Under the pieces are notes generated by a model. It ran no database searches and was not told the origin of the DNA. It saw only the letters and a program-made list of their open reading frames with translations. Shown here one piece after another: positions 17,173-26,087 of a stretch of DNA of 27,333 nt. Position numbers and translations under genes: made by a program. The DNA lies in contig JBGAOA010000057.1 of NCBI GenBank assembly GCA_044222065.1, positions 1 through 27,333 on the forward strand, given 5' to 3'. The DNA is from Candidatus Eiseniibacteriota bacterium (GTDB lineage Bacteria > Eisenbacteria > RBG-16-71-46). Every line of letters begins with the position of its first letter. Position 1 is the first letter of the stretch.

Positions 17173-17868
17173 CTAGTCGACGCGTCCCACCTGGTTCGTC
17201 AGCGTGCCGAGCGCGGAATCCATCGCGCGCAGGGCGTCCATGTTCGCGCCGTAGCTCCGCTGGACGTTGACGAGGTCCACGAGCGACGTGATCGCGTCGG
17301 CGTTCGACTCCTCGATCGTGCGCTGGCGCACGCTCATCGCCCCGACCGGCGCGGCTTCGAGCGGCGTCGTCGCGATGAAGCGGCCGTAGCCCTCGCGCCG
17401 CAGCGTCTCGCGGTCCGGCGCGGCGACGAGGCGCAGGTGCCCGATCGTCGCGCCGTCCTCGATCACCTCGCCGTCGGTGCGAATCTCGACGTCGCGTCCG
17501 GCGACGAAGATCGGCCCCTGCTCGCCGAGCACGGGCGACCCGTGCGCGTCGGTGAGGCGCCCCACGGCATCGAGCCGCAGCGATCCGCCGCGGGTGAGCC
17601 GTTCGCCGCGCTCGGTCTCGACGACGAGGAAGCCCGGACCGTCGAGCGCGACGTCGAGCGTCCGACCGGTCGAGCGGAGCGTCCCGGGCTCGAGGTCGGT
17701 CGCCTGCACGGGCACGGCGACGTCGGCGCCCGGGAGCCTTCGCGCCGTGAGGCGGTCGGCCTTGAAGGCGTCCGTGTTCGTGTTCGCGACGTTGTTCGCC
17801 GTCACTTCCTGCAGGCGCTCGTAGAAGGCGAGCGAGCGGGCGGTGTTCAGAATGCCGTGGATCGGCAC
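17173..17868 (-). CDS. flgF: Flagellar basal-body rod protein FlgF
   Basis: GTG 17868 with GAAGGAGG RBS, 231 aa. ANNVANTNTDAFK, TGRTLDVALDGPGFLVV, LTRGGSL, IEESNAD...QRSY. Directly upstream of flgG. Confidence 0.88.
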   Translation of the reverse strand: MPIHGILNTARSLAFYERLQEVTANNVANTNTDAFKADRLTARRLPGADVAVPVQATDLEPGTLRSTGRTLDVALDGPGFLVVETERGERLTRGGSLRLDAVGRLTDAHGSPVLGEQGPIFVAGRDVEIRTDGEVIEDGATIGHLRLVAAPDRETLRREGYGRFIATTPLEAAPVGAMSVRQRTIEESNADAITSLVDLVNVQRSYGANMDALRAMDSALGTLTNQVGRVD

Positions 17869-17918
17869 GCGTCCTCCTTCGCTCCCGCGGACACCGCCGC
17901 GGGGTGAGGTCTCGCAGG

Positions 17919-17933
17919 GCAACGGCCGTGCCG
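17919..17933 (-). promoter_or_regulatory. Putative sigma54 (-24/-12) promoter of flgF-flgK
   Basis: Minus strand CGGCACG-GCCG-TTGC (GG-N10-GC; consensus TGGCACG-N4-TTGC), about 50 nt upstream of flgF in the largest intergenic gap of the operon. Confidence 0.75.
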
Positions 17934-18042
17934 CGCACGGCGCATCGTCCGTTCGCGACGCCGCAGCGACTTGCGGCCTCCGCGCGCGCCCGTGAGGCCC
18001 GCGTTCACGCGGACGTTCCTTCCGCCCGGCAGGTCGTGCCGG

Positions 18043-18519
18043 TCATCGGCGCGCCTCGCGCGCCTCGGCCGCGCGCGGGCGCAGCAGCAGCCGCACGCCG
18101 TCGCGCGGGAGCCCCGTGCGCGCCGCGATCACGGCCGCAGGCACTCCGCGGCTCGCGAGCCGCAGCACGCGCGGCTCGAGCCCGAAGCCGCCGAACGCTC
18201 GCCGCAGCGCGAACGCCGCGGCGAGCGCGAACGCGAGCGCGAGCGCCAGCAGGCCGAGGCCGCCGCTCGCGATCGCCCACGCCGGCAGCGGACGGGCCGA
18301 GAGCGGGCGCGCCGCGGGACGGGCGACGGCCGCGCGCGTCGGAATGCGCAGCGCGGACGCGAGCGCGAGCGCGAGCGGCGGCCGCCCGTACGACGTCGCG
18401 GCGGCCGCGTGCGGCGCGGGACCGGGCACGGCCCGGTCGCGATCGCGGGTCGCGAGCGAGGCCGCGATCAGCGCGAGGCAGGTGAGCACGACGGCGCTCC
18501 ATCCGGTGGTACGGCGCAT
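18043..18519 (-). CDS. Membrane protein with C-terminal HTH-like segment (SwrB/DUF6115/DUF2802-like)
   Basis: ATG 1 nt after the fliA stop. Two hydrophobic segments and C-terminal VLRLASRGVPAAVIAARTGLPRDGVRLLL. Family assignment is from position and pattern only. Confidence 0.55.
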   Translation of the reverse strand: MRRTTGWSAVVLTCLALIAASLATRDRDRAVPGPAPHAAAATSYGRPPLALALASALRIPTRAAVARPAARPLSARPLPAWAIASGGLGLLALALAFALAAAFALRRAFGGFGLEPRVLRLASRGVPAAVIAARTGLPRDGVRLLLRPRAAEAREARR

Positions 18520-18520
18520 C

Positions 18521-19279
18521 TCAGGCCGCCTCCTCTCGGGTCATCCACTCGCGCATGCGGCGCACCGCCCGCGTGTGGAGCTGCGACACGCGCGACTCGG
18601 TGACGTGCAGCACCTCGCCGATCTCGCGCAGCGTCAGTTTCTCGAAGTACAGCAGCGACAGGACGAGCTTCTCGCGCTCGGGCAGCGCCCGCAGCGCGGC
18701 GCGCAAACCCTCGAGCGTCTCGCGCTCCTGGATCGCGGCGTCGGGGCCGCCGAGGCGCGGATCGGCGATGCGTTCGTGCAGCGGCACCTCCTCGTGCCCC
18801 TCTTCGCGCGGATCGTCGAGCGCGACCATCGTCCGCGTCTCGACCTCGCCCGCCCAGCGCCAGAACGTCTCAAGGTCGAGTCCGAGGTGCTCGGCGATCT
18901 CCTGCGCCTCGGGCGCGCGGCCGAGCTTCTGCTCGAGCTTGCGGCGCGCGTCGGCGATCGCGCGGCGGCGCTCCATGAGCGTGCGCGGCGTCCACTCCTG
19001 GCGGCGGATCTCGTCGCGCATCGCGCCGCGGATGCGCGGCATCGCGTACGTGCTGAACGCGAGTCCGCGCTCGGGCTCGAAGCCCTCGAGCGCCTGAACG
19101 AGCCCGAGCGTGCCCGCGCCGACCAGGTCCTCGAGTTCGACCGCGCGCGCACCGGAGCGCCACAGCTCCTGGGCGGCGTGGTGCACGAGCCCGAGGTAGC
19201 CGTCGAGCAGCTGCGCGCGCGCCCGCGAATCGTTCTGCTTCTTCCACGCGTCCCACAGCGCCTTCGACGGGCCGCTCAC
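18521..19279 (-). CDS. fliA: RNA polymerase sigma28 factor FliA/WhiG
   Basis: GTG 19279 overlaps the flhG stop, 252 aa. EDLVGAGTLGLVQALEGFEPERGLAFSTYAMPRIRGAMRDEIR, WTPR, LPEREKLVLSLLYFEKLTLREIGEVLHVTESRVSQLH. Confidence 0.95.
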   Translation of the reverse strand: MSGPSKALWDAWKKQNDSRARAQLLDGYLGLVHHAAQELWRSGARAVELEDLVGAGTLGLVQALEGFEPERGLAFSTYAMPRIRGAMRDEIRRQEWTPRTLMERRRAIADARRKLEQKLGRAPEAQEIAEHLGLDLETFWRWAGEVETRTMVALDDPREEGHEEVPLHERIADPRLGGPDAAIQERETLEGLRAALRALPEREKLVLSLLYFEKLTLREIGEVLHVTESRVSQLHTRAVRRMREWMTREEAA

Positions 19280-20094
19280 GACGCACGCTCCTTCTCGCCC
19301 GCGTCCTCGCGGGCGAAGAGCGCCCGGACGAGCGGCTCGAAGTCGCGGCCCGGAAGCGCGAGCAATCCGCCCGGACGCCGCACGGCGCGGCCCACGGCCG
19401 GGTCGTCGGGCAGCGTGGCGAGGTGGCGGAACGTGCGGCCGAGGAAGCGCTCCGCCGCCTGTTCGAGCCGTCCGAAGGCCGACTCGCCCTCGGCCGCGCC
19501 GCTCGCGCGGTTCACGATCACGTCCACGCCGAGCGAGGGGCAGCGCTGGAGCGCGACCTTCGCGAGCGCGTACGCGTCCGCGAGCGCCGTCGGCTCGGGC
19601 GTCACGACGAGCAGCAGCCGCGACGGGTGCATCGTCACCGCGCGCACGACGCCGTCCACGCCGCCGTCGGCGTCGAGCACGGTGTGCGCGTAGCGCCCGA
19701 ACACGCGCGACACGCGGTAGTGCACTTCGGCGCGCTCGACGGGCCCGAGCGCCGCGAGCCGCGGGCTTCCCGAAGCGGACGGCAGCAGCCACAGGTCGCC
19801 GGCGACGCGCGCGGCGAGCCGTTCGAGGTCGCCGCCCTTCAGCAGCGTGCGCTCGAGCAGCGCCGGCGCGCGCACGCCGAGCAGCACGTGCAGGTGGCCG
19901 CGGTGCTGCGTGCCGTCACACAGCAGCGTGCGTTCGCCGCGCGCGGCGAGTGACGCGGCGAGCCGCACGGCGATCGTGGACTTGCCGACGCCGCCCTTGC
20001 CGCTGCCGACGACGAGCACTTCGCCGCCGTCGCGGGGTTCGACGTCGTGGAGGGCGCCGAGCGGCGCCGCGAACGCGGGACTGCGGACGATCAT
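19276..20094 (-). CDS. flhG: MinD-like flagellar number/site ATPase FlhG (FleN)
   Basis: ATG 20094 overlaps the flhF stop. Deviant Walker A SGKGGVGKST, VVTPEPTALADAYALAK, VIVNR. Canonical flhF-flhG-fliA order. Confidence 0.88.
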   Translation of the reverse strand: MIVRSPAFAAPLGALHDVEPRDGGEVLVVGSGKGGVGKSTIAVRLAASLAARGERTLLCDGTQHRGHLHVLLGVRAPALLERTLLKGGDLERLAARVAGDLWLLPSASGSPRLAALGPVERAEVHYRVSRVFGRYAHTVLDADGGVDGVVRAVTMHPSRLLLVVTPEPTALADAYALAKVALQRCPSLGVDVIVNRASGAAEGESAFGRLEQAAERFLGRTFRHLATLPDDPAVGRAVRRPGGLLALPGRDFEPLVRALFAREDAGEKERAS

Positions 20095-20945
20095 GCGAAG
20101 ACCTCCTCTCGGGCGCGCGCGGGCGCCTGCATGCGCGCGATCACGCGCAGCCACGCGGCCTCGAGGTCGTCGGGCACCTCCTGCCCGGTCGTGACCCACC
20201 GCATCGGGAGCGCGGACTCGACCGCGAGGTCGAACACGCTCGTGTCGTCGGGGCACTCGTCGAGCTTCGTCGCGACGAGGTGCGTGGGATTCAGCACGCG
20301 GTGCTCGGCGAGCGCGCGGCGCACGCGCCGCGGCTCGAGGCCGGCGGGAATCGCGAGGTGCGTCTCGGCGGGCGCGAGTTCGCGCAGCAGCGCGGCGATC
20401 TCGACGAGGTCGCCGCGGCGCGACGGCCCCCGTCCGGGCGTGTCCACGAGCACGATCTCGCAGCGCGCGAGCTTCCTCAGCGCGATCGCGATGCCGGCCG
20501 CGTCGGAGGCGACCGCGATCGGCAGGCGCGACAGCCGCGCGTAGTGGCGCGCCTGCTCGATCGCGCCGACGCGGTACGTGTCGAGGCACAGGAACCCGAC
20601 CGCGAGTCCGCCGAACACGTCCTCGCGGTTCGCGAGCTTCGCGAGCGTCGTCGTCTTGCCCGAGCCCGTCGGGCCGACGACCGCGAGCGACGCGGGCACG
20701 CCGGCGCGGCGAGCGGCGAGCGACGACAGCTGCGGGGTCATCGCGGTGCGGAAGGCCGGCGGCGGCCACGCGCCCGGGGCGCGCAGCGCGTTCGCCGCGA
20801 TCGCGTCGGACGCCGCGACGAGCGTCCAGCCGGGACGATCGTTGCGGCGCGCGAGCGACACGATGCGCGCGCCCTCGCCGAAGCGTTCGTTCGCGCGGGC
20901 GAGCAGTTCGGGAATCGCGGTTCCCGTGAAGGTCTCATGCGGCAT
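20091..20945 (-). CDS. flhF: SRP-family GTPase FlhF
   Basis: GPTGSGKTTTLAKLA, DTYRVGAIEQ, DTPGR, TKLDE, TTGQEVPDDL. Between flhA and flhG. Short N-terminal region. Confidence 0.92.
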   Translation of the reverse strand: MPHETFTGTAIPELLARANERFGEGARIVSLARRNDRPGWTLVAASDAIAANALRAPGAWPPPAFRTAMTPQLSSLAARRAGVPASLAVVGPTGSGKTTTLAKLANREDVFGGLAVGFLCLDTYRVGAIEQARHYARLSRLPIAVASDAAGIAIALRKLARCEIVLVDTPGRGPSRRGDLVEIAALLRELAPAETHLAIPAGLEPRRVRRALAEHRVLNPTHLVATKLDECPDDTSVFDLAVESALPMRWVTTGQEVPDDLEAAWLRVIARMQAPARAREEVFA

Positions 20946-23127
20946 GGGCGAGCTCCCAGGTCTGGAGGTTCTGGATCGCGGTGTGCGGCGGAAGTTCGGC
21001 GAGCGACACGACGGGCAGGCGCGGCATGACGGGTTCGACGAGGCGGCGCACGCCGAGCCGCAGGCCCGGCGGCGTGACGAGCGGCGGCGGCTGGCCGTCG
21101 CGGCGCTCGCGGTGGAGGATCGAGGCGAGCGCGTGCAGCGCGTTCGTGATCTCGTCGGGCTCCATCGTGCGCGCGCCGTCGCGGCGCGGGTGGAAGAGCT
21201 GCATGAGCGCGAGTTCGAGCCGCGGCCCGATCGTGATCGCGCGGATCGGCTGCTCGCGCGCGCCGAGCACTTCGGCGATCACGGGCGCGAGCGCGCGGCG
21301 CACGTGCTCCGCGAGCGCCTCCGGGTCCTTCGTCTGCTCGGAGGCGTCGGACAGCGCCTCGAGAATCGTCGCGAGGTCGCGCACCGGGATGCCCTCCTTG
21401 AGCAGACGCTGCAGCACGCGCTGCACGGCGCCGAGCTGGAGCTTGCCCGGAACGACGTCCTCGACGAGCGCCGGGTGCGTGTCCTTGAGCCCGTCGAGCA
21501 GCGCGCGCACGTCCTGGCGGCCGAGCAGCTCGGCCGCGTGCTCGCGGATCGTCTCGGCGAGGTGCGTCGCGAGCACGGTCACGGCCTCGACGACCGTCCA
21601 GCCCGCGGACTCGGCGGCGAGCCGCTGATCCGGCGCGATCCACACGGCCGGGATGCCGAACGTCGGGTCGGTCGTCGGCGTGCCGGCGATCGGGCTCGCG
21701 CCGCCCGCCGTGTCGAGCGCGAGCAGCATGCGCGGGAACACCTCGTCGCCGGCGACGCGCACGCCGCGCAGCTTGATCACGTACTCGTTCGCGCCGAGCT
21801 GGATGTTGTCGCGGATCCGCACCGACGGCACGATGAGCCCGAGGTCGAACGCGATCTGCTTGCGCAGCACCGACACGCGCGTCAGCAGGTCGCCGCCCTG
21901 CGTCTCGTCCACGAGCGGCACGAGCGCGTAGCCGATCTCGAGCTCGAGCGGCTCGACCTGCAGGATCTCCTTGAGCTGCGGCGCGCCGCTCGGACGCTCC
22001 TCCGCGGTCGCGGCGCCGGCGTCCTCGCCCGCCTCCGTCCCGGCCGCCGGCCGGCGCGCGATGACGAAGCCGATCGCGCCGGCCGCGAGCGCGAGCGCGA
22101 GGAACGGCAGCGTCGGCAGCCCGGGGATGAGCCCGAGGCCGGCGAGCATGCCGCCCGCGGTCCACCACGCCTGCGGCGCGCGCGTCATCTGCAGCAGGAT
22201 CGAAGGCGCCATGCCCGAGCCCGACTGCCCGTACGTGACGAGCATGCCCGCCGCCGTGCTGACGACGAGCGCCGGGATCTGCGTCACGAGGCCGTCGCCG
22301 ACCGTGAGCGACGAGTAGGTCGTGAGCGCGTCCTGGGCCGAGAGCCCGCGCTGGGTCATGCCGATCACGAACCCGCCGACGAGGTTCACGACCGTGATGA
22401 CGAGGCCCGCGACGGCGTCGCCGCGCACGAACTTCGCCGCGCCGTCCATCGAGCCGTAGAAGTCGGCGTAGCGCGCGATCTCCTCGCGCCGGCGCCGCGC
22501 CTCGTGCTCGTCGATGAGCCCCGCGCCGAGGTCGGCGTCGATGCTCATCTGGCGGCCGGGCATCGCGTCGAGCGTGAAGCGCGCCGCGACCTCGGCGATG
22601 CGGCCCGCGCCCTTCGTGATGACCATGAAGTTGATCACGACGAGGATCAGGAAGATCACGAGGCCGACGACGACGTTGCCGCCGATCACGAAATCGCCGA
22701 ACGCCGCGATCACCTGTCCGGCGTGGCCGGTCGACAGGATGAGGCGCGTGCTCGACACGTTGAGGCCGAGCCGGAACAGCGTCAGCAGCAGCAGCAGGCT
22801 CGGGAAGATGCTGAACTCGACGGGGTCGCGCGTGGACAGTGTCACGAGCAGCACGACGATCGAGAGCGCGATGGACAGCGACAGGAACGCGTCCAGCAGG
22901 AACGGCGGCAGCGGCATGATGAGCAGCGCGACGACGGCGACGACGCCGATCGCGAGCGCGGTCTCGGCGTTCGGCGCGAGCGCCGGGAACGGGCCGAGCC
23001 GCGGCGCCGCGGCCGCGCGCGCCGCGCGCGGCGCGCGCCGCGACCCGCGCCGGCCGCCGCGCGGCCGTCGCCCGCGGGCCGCACCGCGCCCGCGCCCGCC
23101 GTGCCCGGAACGAGCGTCACGCGTCAC
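20935..23127 (-). CDS. flhA: Flagellar export gate protein FlhA
   Basis: FSIFPSLLLLLTLFRLGLNVSSTRLIL, ITKGAGRIAEVAARFTLDAMPGRQMSIDADL, FYGSMDGAAKFVRGDA, GDGLVTQIPAL, LLKEGIPVRDL. The true start may be GTG 23120 (overlaps the flhB stop, AAGGA at normal spacing) with an indel in the GC-rich N-terminal leader. Confidence 0.96.
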   Translation of the reverse strand: MTRDARSGHGGRGRGAARGRRPRGGRRGSRRAPRAARAAAAPRLGPFPALAPNAETALAIGVVAVVALLIMPLPPFLLDAFLSLSIALSIVVLLVTLSTRDPVEFSIFPSLLLLLTLFRLGLNVSSTRLILSTGHAGQVIAAFGDFVIGGNVVVGLVIFLILVVINFMVITKGAGRIAEVAARFTLDAMPGRQMSIDADLGAGLIDEHEARRRREEIARYADFYGSMDGAAKFVRGDAVAGLVITVVNLVGGFVIGMTQRGLSAQDALTTYSSLTVGDGLVTQIPALVVSTAAGMLVTYGQSGSGMAPSILLQMTRAPQAWWTAGGMLAGLGLIPGLPTLPFLALALAAGAIGFVIARRPAAGTEAGEDAGAATAEERPSGAPQLKEILQVEPLELEIGYALVPLVDETQGGDLLTRVSVLRKQIAFDLGLIVPSVRIRDNIQLGANEYVIKLRGVRVAGDEVFPRMLLALDTAGGASPIAGTPTTDPTFGIPAVWIAPDQRLAAESAGWTVVEAVTVLATHLAETIREHAAELLGRQDVRALLDGLKDTHPALVEDVVPGKLQLGAVQRVLQRLLKEGIPVRDLATILEALSDASEQTKDPEALAEHVRRALAPVIAEVLGAREQPIRAITIGPRLELALMQLFHPRRDGARTMEPDEITNALHALASILHRERRDGQPPPLVTPPGLRLGVRRLVEPVMPRLPVVSLAELPPHTAIQNLQTWELAHAA

Positions 23128-24226
23128 GTCCTTGCGCGCCGCCGAGCGGCAGCGTGAAGCGGCCGCGGCGGCGGTACACGAAGGCGAGGATCTCGGCGAT
23201 CGCGCCGAACAGCGCCGGCGGGATCATCTTGCCGACCTTCGCGGTCGCGATGAGCGCGCGGGCGACGGCGACGTTCTCGACGACCGGCACGCCGTGCTTC
23301 GCCGCGATCGCCTTGATGCGTTCGGCGAGCTTGCGGCGCCCCATCGCGACGACGAGCGGCGCCGGCGCGGACTCGAGGTCGTAGCGCAGCGCGACCGCGA
23401 TGTGGACGGGGTTCACGACGACGACGTCGGCGCGCGGCACCTGCTGCAGCATGCGCTGGCGGGCGCGCGCCCGCGCGATCGCCTGCTGGCGCGCCTTCAC
23501 CTGCGGATCGCCTTCCGTCTCACGCAGGTCCTGGCGCACTTCCGCGCGCGACATGCGGAGGTTCTTGCGCAGCTGCATCCACTGCCACACCCAGTCGGCG
23601 GCGCTCAGCACGAGGAACGCGAGCCCGCCCCACAGCATCACGCGCATCGAGGTCGTGCGGAGCACGCGCGCCGTGTCGGAGGGGCCGAGCGAGACGAGCG
23701 ACGTCAGCTCGGGCCAGCTGCGCGCGATCGCGAGCCACGCGACGACGCCGATCGCGGCGAGCTTGCCGAGCGACTTGAGCAGCCCGACGAGCGCGTCGGG
23801 GCCGACGATGCGGCGGAACCCGGAGACGGGCGAGAGGCGCGAGAGGTCGGGCGTGATCGGCTTCCACGACACGGCGCCGCGCGTCTGGACGAGTCCGGTC
23901 GCGGGCACCGCGACGAGCACGCACGCGAACACGGCCGCGAGCGCGAACATCAGCTGCACGGTCGTGTGGCGAACGAGCGCGATCGCCCCGGCCGACGTGA
24001 GTTCGCCGCCCGAGATCGTTCCGGCCGCCACCCCCAGCGTCGCGCGGCAGAAGCGCGCGAGGCTCGCGCCGCCCGCTCCGGCGAGCGTCACGGTGCCGGC
24101 GAGCACGAGCACGGCCGCGAGCAGCTCCGCGCTGCGCGCGACCTTGCCCTCGCGCCGCGCCTCTTCGCGCCGCCGTTGGGTGGGTTCTTCGGTGCGGTCC
24201 TGCCCGCCGTCGCGTTCGTCGGCCAC
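23117..24226 (-). CDS. flhB: Flagellar export substrate-specificity protein FlhB
   Basis: DRTEEPTQRRREEARREGKVARS, LRMSRAEVRQDLRETEGDPQVKAR, autocleavage loop NPVH, AVALRYD, VPVVENVAVARAL. Confidence 0.96.
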   Translation of the reverse strand: MADERDGGQDRTEEPTQRRREEARREGKVARSAELLAAVLVLAGTVTLAGAGGASLARFCRATLGVAAGTISGGELTSAGAIALVRHTTVQLMFALAAVFACVLVAVPATGLVQTRGAVSWKPITPDLSRLSPVSGFRRIVGPDALVGLLKSLGKLAAIGVVAWLAIARSWPELTSLVSLGPSDTARVLRTTSMRVMLWGGLAFLVLSAADWVWQWMQLRKNLRMSRAEVRQDLRETEGDPQVKARQQAIARARARQRMLQQVPRADVVVVNPVHIAVALRYDLESAPAPLVVAMGRRKLAERIKAIAAKHGVPVVENVAVARALIATAKVGKMIPPALFGAIAEILAFVYRRRGRFTLPLGGAQGRDA

Positions 24227-24227
24227 G

Positions 24228-25028
24228 TCAGCGGCCCTCCGGCGCGGGCGCGAGCGCTTCGATCACCTGCGCCGTGCGCTCCGGCGCGGCCGCGATCGCC
24301 TGGTCGAGGGACGAGGCGATGAGCGGCAGCGTGAACCCGATCGCGACGAGCCCGATGCCGATCGTCACGGGGAACGCGGTCATGAGCGCGTTGAGCTGCG
24401 GCACCGCGCGGCCGAGCAGCGCCATCGCGAGCTGCACGAGCAGCAGCGTGACGAGCACGGGCGCCGCGATCTGCAGCCCGCACGCGAACAGCGAGCCCGC
24501 GAGCGGCACGATCACCTCGGCGCCGCGCGCGAGGTCCACCGGCGCGCCGGCGGGCAGGCGCTCGAAGCTCGTCGCGAGCGCGCGCAGCAGCGCGAGGTGC
24601 CCGTTCGCGCTCACGAACGCCGCGACGCCGAAGAAGCCGAGGATCTGGCCGAACGGCGATCCCTGCAGCTCGGGCATTGGCGCGATCGCCGCGCCGATCG
24701 AGAGCCCGGTCTGGAGCGCGAGCACCTCGCCCGCGAGCGTGACGCCCTGCACGATCACGGAGGCGGCGAGCCCGAGCGCGAGCCCGATCGCGAATTCGCC
24801 CGCGAGCGGCAGCACGGCGTCGAGCCCCTCGGCCGGCAGCGGCGCCGCGGGGAGCGCCGCGGCGAGCAGCGCGGCGAACAGCAGCGTCATCGCCATGCGC
24901 AGCGTCCTCGGCACCGCTGCCAGGGACCACAGCGGCGCGACGGCGAACAGCCCGCCGACGCGCGCGCTCGCGAGCACGAGCGTGGGCCAGCGCTCCGGCG
25001 CGAACAGGTCGCGGACGAGGTCGGGCAT
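24228..25028 (-). CDS. fliR: Flagellar export protein FliR
   Basis: ATG 25028 overlaps the fliQ TGA. ARVGGLFAVAPLWS, EFAIGLALG, AGEVLALQTGL, NGHLALLRAL, RAVPQLN. Confidence 0.93.
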   Translation of the reverse strand: MPDLVRDLFAPERWPTLVLASARVGGLFAVAPLWSLAAVPRTLRMAMTLLFAALLAAALPAAPLPAEGLDAVLPLAGEFAIGLALGLAASVIVQGVTLAGEVLALQTGLSIGAAIAPMPELQGSPFGQILGFFGVAAFVSANGHLALLRALATSFERLPAGAPVDLARGAEVIVPLAGSLFACGLQIAAPVLVTLLLVQLAMALLGRAVPQLNALMTAFPVTIGIGLVAIGFTLPLIASSLDQAIAAAPERTAQVIEALAPAPEGR

Positions 25029-25297
25029 CACGAGGCCAGCGACGGCAGGCTGCGCAGCGTCGCCACGAGGTACTGGACGAGCTGTGACAGGAGCCACGGG
25101 AGCACGAGCACGAACACGATCGCGAGGCCGACGACCTTCGGCACGAACGTCAGCGTCTGCTCCTGGATCTGCGTGACGGCCTGCAGGATGCCGACGAGCA
25201 CGCCGATCACGAGCGCCGCGACGAGCAGCGGCGCGGCGCACACGAGCGCCGTCTGGATCGCGGTGCGGACGTAGTCGAGCGCGAGCGCGGAGGACAC
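25028..25297 (-). CDS. fliQ: Flagellar export protein FliQ
   Basis: 89 aa, APLLVAALVIGVLVGILQAVTQIQEQTLTFVPK. Confidence 0.96.
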   Translation of the reverse strand: MSSALALDYVRTAIQTALVCAAPLLVAALVIGVLVGILQAVTQIQEQTLTFVPKVVGLAIVFVLVLPWLLSQLVQYLVATLRSLPSLAS

Positions 25298-25304
25298 GGG
25301 CGGC

Positions 25305-26087
25305 CTACCGGAAGCTGCGGACGAGGCTCTCGACCACGAGCGACCAGCCGTCCGCGAGCACGAAGAGGAGCAGCTTGAACGGCATCGAGACCATGGCCGG
25401 CGGCAGCATGAACATGCCGAGGCTCATGAGCACCGAGCCGACGATGACGTCGATGACGACGAACGGCAGGAACACGGCGAAGCCCATCTGGAACGACGTG
25501 CGCAGCTCGCTCGTGACGAACGCCGAGATGATCGTGAGCGTCGGCAGCTCCTCGGCGCTCTTCGCCGTGTCGGCCCCGCTCATCTCGGCGAACATCGCGA
25601 GGTCCTGCTCGCGCGTGTTCGTGAGCATGAATTCGCGGAAGGGCTGCACGCCGGTCTCGTACGCCTGCGCCTGCGTGATGCGGCCCTGCGTGTACGGCTG
25701 GATCGCGTCGCGGTTCACGGTCTGGATCACCGGGTTCATCACGATGGCGGTGAGCAGCACGGCGATCGCGGTCAGCAGCTGCCCGGGCGGTGCGTTCGGC
25801 GTGCCGATCGCCGAGCGCAGGAAGTGCAGCACGATGAGGATGCGCGTGAAGCTCGTCATGAGCAGCACCATCGCGGGCAGCAGCGTGAGGAAGCCGAGGA
25901 ACACGACGAGGCCGACGGCGCCCGAGAGGTGCAGCTGCTCGGCGCCCTGCCCCATCTGGATCTCGACCGTTGGCGGCACGGGCGCCGCGATGCGCAGCGG
26001 ACTCGCGGGCGCGGGCGGCGCGAGCATCGGCGGCCGCGGCGCGGGCGCGATCGAGCTCGCGACCGCGGGCGCGCGGCGAACGGTCAC
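25305..26087 (-). CDS. fliP: Flagellar export pore protein FliP (reading frame extends upstream; possibly fused to FliO)
   Basis: LLMTSFTRILIVLHFLRSAIG, PFREFML, AFVTSELRTSFQMGF, FLPFVVID, GMFMLPP...PFKLLLFVLADGW. The same frame upstream encodes a signal-peptide-like WLPALALAATLALAAGSAHAQ with no start codon. Confidence 0.94.
   Translation of the reverse strand: MTVRRAPAVASSIAPAPRPPMLAPPAPASPLRIAAPVPPTVEIQMGQGAEQLHLSGAVGLVVFLGFLTLLPAMVLLMTSFTRILIVLHFLRSAIGTPNAPPGQLLTAIAVLLTAIVMNPVIQTVNRDAIQPYTQGRITQAQAYETGVQPFREFMLTNTREQDLAMFAEMSGADTAKSAEELPTLTIISAFVTSELRTSFQMGFAVFLPFVVIDVIVGSVLMSLGMFMLPPAMVSMPFKLLLFVLADGWSLVVESLVRSFR

Noticed and set aside
17961..17975. IHF-like site (CAG-N4-TTG) upstream of the sigma54 promoter
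   Set aside because: Position is plausible, but it lacks the WAT part of WATCAR-N4-TTR, so the match is too weak.
22990..23100. Low-complexity GCGC-rich stretch as a tandem repeat or contingency locus
   Set aside because: No regular repeat unit. It encodes an Ala/Arg/Gly-rich leader of FlhA.
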